A DNA stretch of 64,000 nt from Bigelowiella natans CCMP2755 (GCA_000320545.1 ADNK01000533.1:12296-76295); one strand, 5' to 3'; counted from the stretch's first letter, positions 39,701 through 52,455 are shown. The notes: generated by a model not told the origin, from the letters alone. A program made the numbers and translations.

Positions 39701-40817
39701 GTCATCGTCGTTTGCACGCGTCACAATGCATATCAGGTTCCGATAAGGATCGAGGTAGGGCCACGCGACGTGGAAACGCAATCGGTGAGGAGAATAGCCA
39801 TCACAGTAGCAGTGGGACCGCACAGCTATGTGGCTTAGTAATCCTTCCGATAACATTTTGTTCTACACGCCAGAGGGGGGAAAGCGGTGAAAAGGAGGGG
39901 GGGGGGGGGATGGAGGGTCCAAAGATGCCGCGGTTGTCCTTGAGAAGGGCCGGGTCGAACGAATCCAAACGGAATATCTGTCATCATCATAATTATTAAT
40001 AACTCTTGCTGTTATAATCAACACTACCACCATAGGCGGTTCTTGTGAGGCGAGATACCGGGGAGCGCCGCACAGTAGCGATGGCGAACATCTCCACTGA
40101 GGTGCTGCGGGTGTTGTGCCGACGCTGTCATCATATAGAGAGTAGGAATGCTGTAAAGGATAATGCAAAACCCGAAGTCTTCGTGTGTGTGTGTGTGTGT
40201 GTGTGCGTGTGTGTGTGTGTGGTGCGTGCATTCGTGCTTACTGATATGTTCTTTTTATTTTTATTTTTCTTCTTTTTCTCGTCCGTGGTGTTCTGCTGGA
40301 GAAGGTAAAGAACGAGTGCAAACGGATGCATGATTCGATGCTTGCAAAAGCTCGGCATCAGCTGAAAGTAAAAAATAAATCTCCATTAGAACCTGTAGCT
40401 AGTGCGGTGCTTTTTTGCTTGCAACCTACAAAGCGTTACGTCTTAGCGTGCTCGCCATCTACAAGCGGGATTTCAGCATAGATACAACTGAGTAATGAAC
40501 ATCCATCAGAATCAGCACAAGCATAACTATCATCGTCGTCATCGTCGTCATCAGTGCCATCCACCATAATTTCTCCCAGTATAATCATTACCTCAACCAA
40601 CACCGCAGTCGCGTATCCGCACCGTGACCCGCTGGGAGGATTTCGTACTCGCATTGCAGGAGAGCTGCCTCGTCCTCGCTCCTTGGTGAGATATATCTTG
40701 AGATCACTGTCGTCATATCTTTTGGCAAAGCCGATGTGCATTTTTTGCCTCCTCTAAGAATTTCGAACGGCGGAATGCGGAATTGGGCGCGGACCATATG
40801 ATGGAAAATTCGCTCGG

Positions 40818-40856
<39 letters not shown>

Positions 40857-41250
40857 ACATGAGCCACCGCTATAACTTAAATTGTTCCCATAGGGAAATG
40901 TCGAAGTATACGCTATCACTGTAACGCACAGCAAAATTATGATACTTGATTTATACAGGTGTGGGGATAGCATTGTAGAAGAGACAATCAAAGCTAGAAC
41001 GGCCACCGCCTCCATAGCTGTCCCTGAAATTAATGACCAAGATAGAAGTATTCCTAATAACGAGAAAGATGCATCCGCAGTGAGTTCCAAAACAGCAACT
41101 GCTGCAAACACTACCACCACTTCGTTGACAGGAGCGGCAAAAGCGCTATGCATTCCTTTTGACCAGCCGCCGCTCCCCCCGGGTACAAAATGCATTGGAG
41201 ATGCTTCTCGTGAGGCCAAAATGTGGGTATTATTCGGACGATCGTATTAA
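36392..41250 (+). CDS. ProRS: Prolyl-tRNA synthetase, eukaryote/archaeal type, with N-terminal targeting extension
   Basis: [91 protein letters not shown]-terminal LFGRSY. Confidence 0.95.
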
Positions 41251-41460
41251 TGTGCGGCCACACTCAAACAAACTTAAATTATAATTATTATACATTATAA
41301 GTTACGAGCTGTGCACCTGCTATGCGCTATGCTAAGCATACTACAAGTCTAATGCTATGACAGCTGTACTGCCACATATATTAAGATTATATATTTCGCA
41401 AATATGCTAGAGCGAATGTTCATGGCGCCATTAAATCAATATTAGTCATCATCCCACTTG

Positions 41461-41499
<39 letters not shown>

Positions 41500-41500
<1 letters not shown>

Positions 41501-41527
41501 TTAATTCTTCATTACATCCGTCTCATA
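41500..41527 (+). mobile_element. Minimal 3'-end copy of the non-LTR element within (TA)n
   Basis: Perfect TTCATTACATCCGTCTCATA at 41508-41527, with (TA)n on both sides. Confidence 0.65.
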
Positions 41528-43789
41528 TATATATATATATATATTCATATGTACAGCGGATACACGGATTCCACCGTTAACATATACATGCTGCTGCATG
41601 TCATCATCGACGACGCACGATAAAAAATTATGCGATGTATTAATGTTATAATGTAGCAAATAGCTTGTGCAAATAAATTACTTACACATCTTAAGACGTG
41701 TGTGATTATCAAAGCAATAGGCAGCATCAGTAATAAAACCCAATACCTAAGCATTAGTCTAAAATCTAAAAAAATAGCAAGTTCAGTCACTATAAGATCA
41801 TGTATATCTAGATATGCCGACCAGTAAGGGCTATTTGATGAGGCACATGCACAGGTATATGAATTCGATCGATAGCACAATGTATTAGCGGAACGGCTTA
41901 AGCTTGCCAAATATCTTATCGTTATGATTTACAGGGCTGAGAACTACTCCCTTCAAGACGCTTCGAAATTTTATGCATTGGAGCCTTCCACTGGCTATGT
42001 GGTAAATTGATTCGATCACGGTACACAATCAAGATGTGCTTTCTATTTAGTATCAACCAGTTGAAGGAGTACATACGGTGCGGCAACAACCACCACTTAA
42101 TAACTTAATGCTCATAATATCTTCGTCAGCATCCGCAAGCCGAATCATTCAAGATCTTAAGAAAGAACCAACCTATAAATATGAAATATAAATTTAAATA
42201 ATGATCATGGCGACAAGTTTCAATGGTAGACCTCATTAGATCCCCGAGAATTCTTACCCAATGATTCCTCTCTTTTATTTAATTGCATGCTGATAGCAAA
42301 AAAGTACAATAGGCCATCATGATCAATTGCATCTCCATGTTTCGAATTTCAATTGATAGACGGGCGTCCTCAATGATTTTGCTAGTGCAGGTATTGACAC
42401 AAATAGGGTGCTGCCAGCCAAACTTTGCTTGTAAATTTCAAAGGGTTTTTTCAAAAACATTTCTGGCCATATACAGTTGGCTTTCTTATCCAATAAATCT
42501 TCTTGTATTGATGATTGACACTGTGTGTTAGGTCTGGGAAATATTGGTATTTGCCTAGGGTTATGATCGATCTCTATTTTATCTCTACAATGCGACTTGT
42601 TCTCATTCAAGGGAGGATACATCAGGCTTTGGCATAAGCTGTGACTCTGCTTGCATTGTTAAGAGAGGGGAAGAGTATTTCGAATGCTTGTTTTGGGGTA
42701 CAACACAAAATTCGTCCGCACGTTCTACTCTGCTCAGCAAAAAGCTTTAAAACTGCGAATCTCCAGAAGAGCTTTCTGAACGTATTGCTGGGGCAAGCAG
42801 TTGAACAATTGCCGAGCAAAGCGTTAAGAATCACTCCGTGCAGGCTGCCCGGAGCTAACTGCCACGTGACTCTATTCCAGCCAGCAACACACGTACGTAG
42901 CAGTTTCGGTTTTCGAGTGGTGTTGTGCAAAAACGGGGGATGTTTCCCCATGTCGCAAAGACACATAGGATTCGGGATTGCATCATTGGTCGCTGGCAGG
43001 ATGATTTCCGGTAATTTTCTTCAGAAACATCGCACAAACACCCTATACCAAATTATTCAGAACATCTCTCGAAGAGAGGTGCCGGGACAAACTCGCACTT
43101 TCTCGCTTGACGACAGGCGGAGAGGCTCAGGATATCGAAAATTGGAATGGTTTTCGGGATCCTCTCTCGATGGGGATGGAGGTGCATATTTTGAGATTTA
43201 CAGACCCTAGTCAAAAAATTAAAACTATGATTCGGTGGAGGTCGGCAAAAAAGTTTCCATTAATTGACTTGCGACTTCAAATTACAAGAAATCGGGAAGG
43301 AAATTACATGTTTTTCGGTAATTAATAAGAATTTGTGGAGACTCATTGTTTTAAAAATTTTTGTACCGTAGCTTTAGCGTGCAGAAAACTGGGCAAGGAT
43401 CGCTTGGATGATTTCCGTGTTATTTTACCAGGAACTGGCCAGTCGTTTCCTCTGGCATCAATTGCTGTTGTGCAAAACTAAGAGAGCGAAACTGCACATT
43501 CGCCTGTTGCAAAGGCAAACTTCACATAGATCTAGGGAATCCTGGCGAATCCTAGGGAATGACACGTTCCCCCACAACAAAAAAGACAAAAAGACACGGC
43601 GTTCATTTCGCTACTATTTCTCGTTTTAATTCCCGAATGCTTTTAGTGCAATCGCGCTCTACGACTGAATACGGTGTAAAGTGAGTGTCACAGGTGAGAA
43701 ATCGGACCCAATTTTGGTAAATCAGACAGGAGATACCGTGAACAAACGGAGAGAAAAAGGTCCCACACCACCCCCAACCCCCCTTCGCC

Positions 43790-44773
43790 ATGCAAGCATT
43801 TCGGCACGTCAGGCAGTTCAGCCGGCTAGCACCCAGGCAGATTAAAACTATCGTACCTCGTAGCTTCGGTCGGCGTGGCTTTGCAGCTGTAGTGCTCGGT
43901 TCTGCCGCAACTGCTGGACTGGGATTCCTGCACTTCGGGTCGTCCGTTGCACGAGCTGAGGCAGTTAAGGAGGAGCAAGCTGAAAAAGCAGAGCCCACCT
44001 TGATGGATAAATGCATTTCAGAGGTTGTGGGCACAGCTTCTCTTATTACTATTGGTTGCGGGGTCGTAGCCGCGCTCAAGTATGCTGCCTATCCTATCAG
44101 CCCATGGGGTGTTTCTGCTGTCTGGGGCTCCACAGTCGCATTGATAGTGTATGGAACAGGAGACATCAGTGGGGCGCATATTAACCCTGCGATCACATGC
44201 TCTATGGCGATTAATAAGCCTGATGAGTTCCCTGTCTCTCACGTGGCTCCTTACATCGCCTCCCAGATGATCGGGGCCACTGTAGCGAGTGGTGCTGTTT
44301 ATGCGTTGTTCCGCGATGGAATCAAGGCTGTGGAAATCAAAGAAGGGATTAAACGAGGATCTCTAGCCTCGGCAAATACTTTTAATGGAGCATTCGGTTT
44401 GATCCCAAACGCTCAGCTATGCAAAGGGCCTCTGTCCGTCCTTGCAGTCGAAATCTGGTGCACGTCTCATCTGGCCTTCTTTGTGTTTGCTCTGACCGAT
44501 GAAGACAATTCCGTACCCTCCGCCGCTGCTCCAGCTTTAATCGGGACTACTGTTATGACTCTAGTCAATGTGTTTGGCCCCGTGACAGGATGTGGAATGA
44601 ATCCTGCTCGTGATATCGGTCCACGGATTGTGACCGCTTTGACAGGATGGGGTAAAATGTCTTGGCACTCATGGATGCCATACACAGTTGGTCCTCTAAT
44701 TGGAGGTACTCTGGGAGGAGCATTATACAACGTATTTGCTGGAAAGAAGAAAGTTACAAAAGCACGAGTATAA
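43790..44773 (+). CDS. MIP-family aquaglyceroporin (GlpF-like), intronless, N-terminal presequence
   Basis: ISGAHINPA and GCGMNPARDIGPR (NPARD marks the glycerol-facilitator branch); multiple hydrophobic helices. Confidence 0.93.
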   Translation: MQAFRHVRQFSRLAPRQIKTIVPRSFGRRGFAAVVLGSAATAGLGFLHFGSSVARAEAVKEEQAEKAEPTLMDKCISEVVGTASLITIGCGVVAALKYAAYPISPWGVSAVWGSTVALIVYGTGDISGAHINPAITCSMAINKPDEFPVSHVAPYIASQMIGATVASGAVYALFRDGIKAVEIKEGIKRGSLASANTFNGAFGLIPNAQLCKGPLSVLAVEIWCTSHLAFFVFALTDEDNSVPSAAAPALIGTTVMTLVNVFGPVTGCGMNPARDIGPRIVTALTGWGKMSWHSWMPYTVGPLIGGTLGGALYNVFAGKKKVTKARV

Positions 44774-44867
44774 CCATCCTTAGGGTATAAACGAAACATA
44801 GAAGAATTTTGTGTCCCTGGCTTTCTCTCTCTCTCTCTCTTTCTCTATCAACACAGAAAGAATTCCT

Positions 44868-44891
44868 TATGAGACGGATGTAATGAAATGT
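44868..44891 (-). mobile_element. Minimal 3'-end copy of the non-LTR element
   Basis: tatgagacggatgtaatgaaatgt is the reverse complement of 1629-1652. Confidence 0.65.
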
Positions 44892-45700
44892 ATTCTTATA
44901 CATACATCTTCATAGTTTAATCTACTTTCAAAGACCTACTGCAGCTCATCTAATGAATAGATCTATCCTAGCTGCGGTATCATCAATTTTATGGCAAAGT
45001 ACGTACGTGCGTGCGAGCGTCGCGCAGCGCTTACCACGTGCATTTGTTCTTGCTTGATGCTACGTCGCGCATTCTCGTACCATCAGCCGTGCTTAATCTA
45101 CCGCCTCCATAGCTGCTATTATAGACACGTTATATTTAAGCTTGCTTAAAATCGATCAATTATGCTACCAATTATCATTCACAGCTGCGCACGATTTGTC
45201 AGTCAACACAAATCTAGCACGCACGCATATACATCACATCACATAAGTAATACAAACCGCGAGGCCTACTACAGTTACATAAATACGTATTAGGGCTCAT
45301 AATAGCAAGTGAATTAATATCTACATAAATATGCAGGCTGCCTTGTTACGTTATGTCACATCTAGTCATACCAAATGTACAATCTATAGCATGCATATGC
45401 AGTTGACGAACGCACAGTATCGATCGCCATCGATCTTCCTTGCGAATTAAATCGCGATCCACATATTTGTCTTTGTGTTCCGGGTGTCTCTGTGCTAGTG
45501 GTATACTTGTGATGGCTGCGTAGCATATAGTAGACGTGCAACTCAATGTCAGCGAGCTAACAGGCAATAATTGACGATACGTGAGCATTTAGATGAATGG
45601 AGGATTTCCACCACAGAAATGTGGATTCCCAATGGAAGTTTTAACGTAATGATACATATATCCCATCCGCACGGCGAGAAACCTTTGCATAAAATCCCTT

Positions 45701-46687
45701 CTATGATCTGCGACCGCCTTTATTCGAGGACCTTAGATACACATCAGGAAGGAACTCTGCGTCCCCGGCAAGCGGCATTTTGTCCGGTCTTAAGAAGTGC
45801 TTAGGGACATACTCTTTCGCATGGGGAGTGTCCTTTGGAATCACCCCAAGACACGCTAAAACCTCCGCAACAGCAGCGGCCGAAGGGAAGATTGCGTCGC
45901 CGGAGCGGAGAAGTCGAACCTGGTACTGCTGGAGCTTATCCTCTGGGTTGTTGAGCTTTTCCAATTGCTCCTTGCACATTGCAAGTTCTTTTTTGGAGGC
46001 TCGGTAGTCAGCCACGTAGGTCTTTAGCCTCTTCCTCCGTATGAACTCGTTTTGGCGGCCTTGCTTTGAACTGAGATCTCCCGTAGAGGCTTTATAACTA
46101 TCCCACTTCTTCACGTCCTCCCCTAACCGAGTGATGGCGCGACCTAGATGTTCAATGCGGCCCATTACGACAACCCTCGAGTTGGTAGTAGGGTTGGTAA
46201 TGACACCAGATAAGACCCGATTCATGTTCGCACTCCACGTATACTCCGCGTCACATGCGTTGAGTTTGGCCGAAACCAGCTCGTCGACGGCGGTTATATT
46301 CTTCGGTTCGGGTTTGAAGTTGAGTCTTTTTACGACAATCTCTCGAGCGGAGGACCGAATGATAGTCTAAGGGGGTGGTGATGTCAGAAGGAAGGGTCTG
46401 TGGGTGGCAGAGAAAAACCAGAAAAACTAACAATCCAAGCTCAGTCTGCTTGGAGAAGTACAACACATTTAGGACATGGATTTCCATCTTTCAGGAAAGG
46501 ATATGTAACACTTGAGTTGACCTCATCATATGGGGTTAGGCTGGGGCCCGATGGAAGTACTTGGAAAATGTAAGGATAGTCGTCTTCCTTGTCCCGAATC
46601 ACCACAGCCACGTGATCGAAGCTGTACGTTGAGGATGTACTTAAAAATGGGTTTCCACGGACAAGTGTGTTACTCAAATGGCACGCA

Positions 46688-46723
<36 letters not shown>

Positions 46724-47200
46724 AACTGAAAATTTACTTTGATCCATTGACATATTTTGCTAGAACCCTCAAGGTCCATTTCCAAGGATCCATTTCATAA
46801 ATCTGGTTGGTAGATGAAACGCGAATATTTATGGTGTCACACTTCTTTGACGAGAACAATTGCCTTACATTCCTATCAAATATAAGCACATCGCCCGTCT
46901 GAAGAGATCGACTGATCTCAGCTTCCACCGAAGTATCCTCGTACTGAGATAAGCGTGTGTTGCATCAGTGAGCATGGCGAACTACCCTTCACTTTTACAC
47001 CCTCAATTTCGTCTTCCATCTCTACTCTTTGAGTTTTTCGCGTACAGTCTATCACAATATATATTTCTGAAATTCTTTCAGCACTTTCATTTCACCTCGT
47101 CCAATGGGGAATCGTCGTAATCGTTTGGACCCGAGCTAGCTTCTGCCTTAGAGACGACGGGGGCTACGGTCCTAGCGATGTAATTCGGAATCTGGCGTGA
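45701..47200 (-). CDS. Permuted NlpC/P60 (YiiX/YaeF-like) fold protein, multi-exon; 5' end unresolved
   Basis: LQTGDVLIF, FDHVAVVI, IVVKRL and C-terminal IFPSAAAVAEVLACLGVI..YVPKHF occur in the family's order. Confidence 0.55.
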
Positions 47201-47949
47201 GCCAAAATCCCTCGTATTTGGGGTTTGCTGTCCTTTTTCACAACTAGAATATCGCCCGGCACCATAGAGACAACCAGCCTACCAAAAGGCAACAATAATA
47301 ACCACACGCATTCCGACGCCAGACTGGACTGCGGAGCCCCACCGCGGCGGATATTTCACAGACTGCGGTGTTAGAAAAGCGCAGCGCAAAGCTAAGGGAT
47401 TACCCCGATGATAGCTGCAGGGGCAACCCGAGACCACTTGTGGACCCTCCGCCACATCGATCGACGTATCCCTCAGAAGGAATTGTGAGCAGGGATGGTC
47501 GCCGTCCACAGAAGCAAATTCGCGGACAGATCGTAAAATCGCCCAAAAAACGACGATCCAGGTTCAACAAGATCTATCGTAGTCCTTTTTTCATCGGGGG
47601 TTTGACCAACGCTCCTCAGCTCTTCCCCTGGTCGTACTTGGTTTTCGCGAGGATGCTTGCTGCTGCTGCTTTTTCGGGTTTTCCGTTCGAGAGAAGAACT
47701 GCGAACTTCCTTATTCGTTTTTCCTCCGGCCGAGACAGAAGGATTCAGACACAAAACCGCCATCTGTGTCGCAGCATGGAGTTGGGAATGCAGGCCTTCT
47801 TATCTTGGAACATCCTGTCAAATCACGTCTCAATCGACAAATGGCGTTACATTTTGACTAATCCAATCCCCCCCCTAACATTAATAAAAATGAAACGAGC
47901 GACTTAACGGAAGGAAAGCGTCCCCCCAATCCCCTTCTCTGACCTTACA

Positions 47950-49764
47950 ATGTCCTGGAGCACTTATTTCAAGCGACTAAAAGAGGTTAGCGATCCTCCA
48001 GTGGAACCCCTGGATCCATATACAGGCAATCCAAAATGTTACGTCCCTAGAGACACTCTGACGGCGAAAGAGCTTCGTGCAATGGGGAAAAGAGCTTTTT
48101 CGACCAGCTTCCACCTTCCAGACCGGGCATCGGGGATCGGCGATCACAAAAGGTTTTTGTGTTCGATTTAATATATATGAGCAAAACATTAAGTAATAAC
48201 TGTGCTATGATCGCGTCTGTTTGTAGGGGAAAACTTACGTGAATCTATATTACTAATTACTGTATCCTGGTCTGCTTTATTAATTCCCCCTCCCTTCATA
48301 TGTCGTACGCGCGCATGTGCTTTCAGGTTGAAAGAAATTTAGTAATACTTCTGAAATCGAACAATATTGTTAATGGAATCTGATTGACACCTATAACCAA
48401 CTGTTTGGCCATGAATCTGTAGGCCAGAGCTTATAAACACCACCGAACGCCTGATCAACGAGCTAGACCCTCCGGTTGAGGAAACCAAGCGAAAATACAA
48501 GCCCTTCTACACGGCCTTTCATATTAAGAGGAATGATGACATGCGTAAATATGCCATGGAACACTACTCCCTTCGGAGCTACAGCTATCTGAAGCATTGT
48601 AGGGACAATAAACAGAGCCAGAAGAGAAGATTAACGAAACTCAAGAAGGATTCTGAGAAGAAACGGGCTGCCGAGAAAGAAGCTGCTGAAGAGGCTATGT
48701 TTGAGGAGGCTTTGACCCAACGCCTTAAACAGCTTAAAGTTAATGCATTATTGGACACCTTCAGGAGGTCAGAAATACGAGCAAATACATGCTGATGCAC
48801 AAAAAGAGGATTGCCATATTATTGGACCTGTTCCATGTATCCCGCCCCTTGTTGATTCTTTCTTAAACTCTTTGTTTGTTGATTCTCCAGATCACCTGTC
48901 CCCCGTCTTGCATGGGAAGGAACAAGAAAAGAAGAAACTATGGGAACAAGGAGAGAAGAAACTATAAAAGAAGAAGCTGTCGGTGATGATGACGATGCTA
49001 CTACTGCTCCTGATGATGATGAAGCTAGTGAATCAGAAGATGATGTAAAGCCTGAGGGCGTAGCGTCAATTTTGTCCCGAATGATCGATACTGAAAACTT
49101 CACACCAAGGTCCAAAATGTACAAAACGCCGGACGCCAACGATTTTCTCGAGGCACCACCAGTAACGCATCGCACGCAACGATCGACTCATTCTGGAAGA
49201 CAAAGCGAGGCCCAAAATCCAAGGTCCGCAAGATCAGTGAGAACAAGCGACAACTTCTTTCAAACTGCGGCCCCACTGTCAAGTAGAACTCACGGCAGTA
49301 ACATAGTCAGCAGTAGAACGCACGGCAGTGGTATGGTCAGTAGTAGAACGCAAGGCGGTGGTAGAGTCAGTAGACTCCGGATAACGAATATGGGATCAAC
49401 CACAGGACTAAGATCCGCTAGAACGAGGAGCAGCAGTCGGGGTTACACCGGTCGCACTCCAAGAACTAGCAGGACAATTCGCACGTCTAGAACTACCATC
49501 AGCAGGGAACCGAAAGCTAGAAAATCTAGTTTAAGGCTACCCCAGTCCGCGCGCCCACTTAGACCCCAATCTGCACGACCGCTGCGACCTCAGTCTGCAC
49601 GCCCAATCCACAGAGGACCACCGATATCAGCCAGACGGCAGCAGAAATTCAAAAAGTTGCAACTTAGCCCAAGATCGAGATCTAACAGTGCGTGGTCATG
49701 TGAAACAGCCATTGTGGAGGGTTCTGATAGCATTAATCTCAGAGAATCTGATTGGGAGCGCTAG
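47950..49764 (+). CDS. Hypothetical protein with coiled coil and Arg/Ser-rich tail (3x PQSARP)
   Basis: Consecutive plus-strand ORFs (47950, 48541, 48940) separated by AT-rich intron-like gaps; no recognisable domain. Confidence 0.6.
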
Positions 49765-50316
49765 TGTGAAAAATGAAGTTCAATGCAACCTGCTCCATGG
49801 TGCTAAACGCAAAATCTGAGGAAGTGATTTGCAACAAACGGGTTTTTTTGGCAATTTGCAAGATCAGCAGTGTGATCCATTGCAGACATCAGTAGATCAC
49901 TCCTGCATTGTGAATGATGGAGTGCAAGACACGCAGCATCAGGTGACGTGATGACGGAGCCCATGTTGTTCACAAATGCATGTGCATTAGATGTGTCAAT
50001 ATCACAATTTTAACAAGCTAGCAAGGGCATTCAATGTTGCGCACTCTCGCGGGCACTCATCAACTTGTGCAACTAGTTTGTGAGTGCTTTTAGCAACTTT
50101 TATTTTTCACACGTATTTATACATTCTTCGCAGCGTTGATGAACGCGTGCGTAGATGATGACTGCAACATAACAATATGCGTGACTAGATGATCACATTG
50201 AGCATGCGTCCAACGTGTTGCTTCGATATCCACCAGCCACGCATGATCCATAAATCATGCTATACAATCTACAACTTAATTTATTCTTCTACATCGTATC
50301 TCATATGACAAGCAAG

Positions 50317-52455
50317 CTAGGATGCACGAATTTTGAGCACATGTGCGCGGAAAAAGCGGCTGGTAGCAAATCGTCTAGCAACAGACACAATATGTCTAGA
50401 CCTTGTGAGTATTGATGCGACAAATGCCACTGGTAGGGCGATAAAGTAGAGGTAAAATGGAGCAAGAGCCTTCTGATGAGCCTCAGAAACGACATGATCG
50501 ATGACTTCCTCGGCACCTTTTTGAATCAACTTCTGCGAACGGCCCATCAGATACATCTTACGACCTTCGATAAGATTTAAATATTCTGTGGGCCCACCCT
50601 CAATGGCGCTCGTAGCTGCAAAAGTGGCCTTCGCGAGTTGTACATGTGCCTTGACATCGATACGAGGCTCCATGCGAAGGGGAGAAAACTCAAGAAAAAA
50701 TCCCAGACCAGAAGTTTTGGCGTTCTTCATGTGCTGTACTGTCTCGTTAGCAAAGGAGCAAGCATCTGCTAATATCTCCCAGCCCTGATGGCACTGTTCT
50801 AGAAGCGCATCGTATTCCAGATCGCTGTCCCCTTCAACATCGTGGAAACGTGCGAGTTCGTATGCAGCCACTCGATTCTCCCAAGCCTGTGTTCCTGGAA
50901 CAACGTGTGATCCCGCAACAAACATCGTAGCCTCGAATCTTTTAACAACTGAACAGGGCCCGTCGACAAAGATGTGGAACTCGGGGCGCATGCGATGCCT
51001 TTTTACCTTGTTCGGAGAAAAGTAGGCTTTGATTTGGCCATTGAGGTGAATGATTGGCGCAACTTTCCCGGTGGCCTTGTTTCTCCATACAAGACTGAAA
51101 TTGCCATACGGTGCTGTCTTCTCAGATTCCTGGTCTTTTTTCTTCTCTGCCGCGTAAAGAACGTTCCAGTTTCTACGATGAGGTCCGTGCGCGTAGAGAA
51201 ACATGTCTCCCCAGGGGTGGTGTTCGGAGTAATCATCATGCGTCGCAATACTCGTAAATATGTGGCTGCAAGTATCAATTCCTATACCAAATTTCTGGGA
51301 AAGATAGGCCTGCATAAAGAATCCTTGGTCGCTTCCAGGATAGCGCTCTATGAACCAGGTCGGTGCATTTTGGATCGCTTCAAGAATCTCTAGGACAGCG
51401 TCTGCATATCCCACGAAGGCGCCTGAATTTAGCCACCTAGGCGATCCAGGCCTCCCTGGAGTGTCTGCAAACAGTTTTCCACATATGTGATAGCCATTAA
51501 AACGACCTTCCGCCTTGTGAGGGATGCTATGAGTGTTGTCGCCGAGCATCATGTGAAGAGGAAAGTAGCTGTACGGGTAGCAGTTGCCTTCTGCGTTGAA
51601 TAAAACCTTCACTCCGCTTCTCAGGAACCCATTAATTATAAAATCAGAGCTAGCTTGTACTATTACATCCCTTGAATCTGTGAATAACAACAGGGTATTC
51701 TTTCTCTTCGATGCGGGAATTAGATTTATCCTATTCTTCAGCAGGTTGATTTTCTCTGTGTGGCCCATGACACCGCGGTAGTGAGTTCCAAGAACCTCAA
51801 ATTCTACCCCACTTGCGCTAGCAGTCCGGATCAAGCTACAATGCTTCAAACTTGCTGTGTGAGTTTCCACCGTTAGGGCTAAGAACTCCATGTTCTTTTT
51901 CTGTTTTTCGGTTTGGTTATGTGCTTCAGGTGCGTCTGAATTTTTGCATGAATTGTCCTTAACACTTTCATGCATGGATCTAAAGTCTATTGGAAGCATG
52001 AAATACGAGAGCGCGACACACGTGGGGGGTGCATCAGCTCTACGTCTACATCGCCTTTCCCATTCATCGATGTCTTCTACGGTATCCTTGTACTGAGGCA
52101 TCTGTTTGCTCACAGACCGCACGAACTTGTCGAAACCACGTGTCCTTAATCCCTCACAATAGTGAGCTTTTCCATTGTCTTGTGAATCCATCCCTCTCTT
52201 GCAGTAATACATCAATTCTTTCACAAGGGCCTCGTCGCCGCCAGCTCCCTCCATGAAAACCTCGAACCCTTCCGAATCAATCTTACTTACTGATGGCGGG
52301 AAGCATTGGACCATCGTGAGACAAGTGACGGGAAAAAACCAAAGGAAAGCTGAAACATGATTGGCACGTCTATCAAGCGGCATTGCTGTCTTACTTGGGA
52401 GGGGAGAAAGACGATGTCCTTTCTCGTCATGCACACGTTCGCTTCCGAAATTCAT
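50317..52455 (-). CDS. PLOD/LH3-type glycosyltransferase-domain membrane protein, intronless
   Basis: LLFTDSRDV (DxD-like), VLFNAEGNCYP, WLNSGAFVGYA, SDQ, IDTCSHIF, IIHLNG. N-terminal hydrophobic segment and C-terminal TM. First ATG at 52455 (the ORF track starts at GTG 52473). Confidence 0.8.
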   Translation of the reverse strand: MNFGSERVHDEKGHRLSPLPSKTAMPLDRRANHVSAFLWFFPVTCLTMVQCFPPSVSKIDSEGFEVFMEGAGGDEALVKELMYYCKRGMDSQDNGKAHYCEGLRTRGFDKFVRSVSKQMPQYKDTVEDIDEWERRCRRRADAPPTCVALSYFMLPIDFRSMHESVKDNSCKNSDAPEAHNQTEKQKKNMEFLALTVETHTASLKHCSLIRTASASGVEFEVLGTHYRGVMGHTEKINLLKNRINLIPASKRKNTLLLFTDSRDVIVQASSDFIINGFLRSGVKVLFNAEGNCYPYSYFPLHMMLGDNTHSIPHKAEGRFNGYHICGKLFADTPGRPGSPRWLNSGAFVGYADAVLEILEAIQNAPTWFIERYPGSDQGFFMQAYLSQKFGIGIDTCSHIFTSIATHDDYSEHHPWGDMFLYAHGPHRRNWNVLYAAEKKKDQESEKTAPYGNFSLVWRNKATGKVAPIIHLNGQIKAYFSPNKVKRHRMRPEFHIFVDGPCSVVKRFEATMFVAGSHVVPGTQAWENRVAAYELARFHDVEGDSDLEYDALLEQCHQGWEILADACSFANETVQHMKNAKTSGLGFFLEFSPLRMEPRIDVKAHVQLAKATFAATSAIEGGPTEYLNLIEGRKMYLMGRSQKLIQKGAEEVIDHVVSEAHQKALAPFYLYFIALPVAFVASILTRSRHIVSVARRFATSRFFRAHVLKIRAS

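Noticed and set aside
42320-43210. Possible TPR-like minus-strand remnant and a 189-aa plus-strand ORF
   Set aside because: Only faint similarity, interrupted by stops; no defensible gene model.
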